DNA of 63,839 nucleotides, counting the filler, from Octopus bimaculoides (taxonomy: Eukaryota), in the NCBI RefSeq assembly GCF_001194135.2. It is 5 parts of 5 records of this genome, joined end to end, with 100 filler letters (N's around TTAATTAATTAA, not from the genome) between each part and the next. Parts side by side here need not be neighbours in the genome. Positions count along the whole stretch, not along the records: positions 62,221 to 63,839 come from NC_068985.1; 4 more parts are not named here. One strand, 5' to 3'. A program made the position numbers and the translations under genes. Shown here piece by piece: positions 62,690 to 63,839 of this stretch (position 1 is the stretch's first letter; each line of letters starts with the position of its first letter). The notes below the pieces were generated by a model that made no database searches, had not been told where the DNA came from, and worked only from the letters and a program-made list of their open reading frames with translations.

Positions 62690-63240
62690 AGACTTTTACA
62701 GTTCTAACGATGGATTAAGACTGTAGTCTTCGAATTAGCTTTCTCCTTTCTGGTTTTGAGAAGCCTAATTTCTCAAGATTGGTATTTAGGCAATGTGTTA
62801 CATATTCCATTGCCGCAATAATTACAGGTATAAACCTGAATTTGTAATCTGGATAGAGTAACTGTAGATTTCTCAATAGTTCAGTATAGTTGTTTTCCTT
62901 TTCATTGATCTTCAGCTTTATGTTAACATCCGCTGGGCAGCTAATTTCCACAACTGTGCACAGTTTTTCTTCTCTATCCCAAATCATTATATCAGGTCTA
63001 TTATGCTCGCATTTTATTGAGGTCTTCACTGGGACATTCTACCAGTATTCCTTTTTATTATCAGTGGCTATGACCTCTACCATACTGTGGGTTCTTATTT
63101 CTTTACGGATTTCATTATGTAGTATCCTAGCTACAAAATCATGTCTCATTGGTAGATAAATACATGATGACATTTTCGGACAACTGCTTATGATGTGGGT
63201 GATATCTTCCATCTGAACTCCACAAAAGTCTGCATCGGTT
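62690..63240 (-). mobile_element. RLE-type (R4/Dong/NeSL-like) LINE 3' fragment
   Basis: HIISSCPKM...RHDFVA, HNRPDIMIWDREEKLCTVVEISCP...KENNY. Confidence 0.85.
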
Positions 63241-63544
63241 GAATGTATGTATGTATGTATGTATGTATGTATGCATGTATGTATGTACGTATGTATGTAT
63301 GTATGTATGTATATAGGTATTATGAATGTATGCATGTACGCATGAAGGCATGTGTGTGTTTGTGCGTGTGTGCATGCATGTGTGTGTGTGTATGTATGTG
63401 TGTGCGGGCGTGCATGTAAAAGCATATTGCCACTTAGTCCCAGGGTAGCCCTGATCTCAATGCTCAAAAAAGCTTTCCATCCGTGACATTACATACTCCT
63501 TTTTTGTTTTCAGGCACATTGTATCTAAGGTCGCAATGTCTAAT

Positions 63545-63760
63545 GTAAATTCTTTTATTTCTTTCAGTCATTTGAATGTGGCCATGCTGGAGCACCGCCT
63601 TTAGTCAAACAAATCGACCCCAGAACTTATTCTTTGTAAGCCTAGTACTTATTCTATCGGTCTCTTTTGCCGAACCGCTAAGTTACGGGGACGTCAACAC
63701 ACCACCATCGGTTGTCAAACGATGGTGGGGGGACAAACACAGACACACACACACAAACAC
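63545..63760 (-). mobile_element. SINE family A, 3' part
   Basis: tttcagtcatttgaatgtggccatgctggagcaccgcc...gccgaaccgctaagttacgggga. Confidence 0.88.
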
Positions 63761-63785
63761 ACACACGCACACACACGCACACACA

Positions 63786-63839
<54 letters not shown>

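Overview
AT-rich eukaryotic draft-assembly DNA, saturated with microsatellites. The SINE families look like those of Octopus (coleoid cephalopod); this is recognition by eye, not a database result. There are no prokaryotic features, no CRISPR array and no long intact host ORF. Most listed ORFs are microsatellite translations or decayed transposon fragments. The window contains degenerate DNA transposons (mariner, two Tc1, maT/DD37D, hAT, several MITEs/foldbacks, a probable non-autonomous Helitron). It also contains non-LTR retrotransposons (RTE, CR1, L1/Tx1, RLE-type, a Penelope-like element) and many tRNA-derived SINEs, with clear nested insertions. The main unannotated signal is a set of hammerhead-ribozyme (HHR) motifs of the Penelope-associated type with self-complementary helix III. 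One has an intact core and sits in a 343-bp near-perfect palindrome, so it is present on both strands (9003-9086 minus, 9168-9251 plus). A second core-intact motif is at 34540-34600. A (TA)n-abutting repeat family carries a minimal HHR with a non-canonical core base. Bases 1 to about 10165 are strongly CpG-depleted and contain three phase-compatible candidate micro-exons of an unidentified host gene. Four 100-bp gaps contain an artificial six-frame-stop linker, so adjacency across them is unverified.
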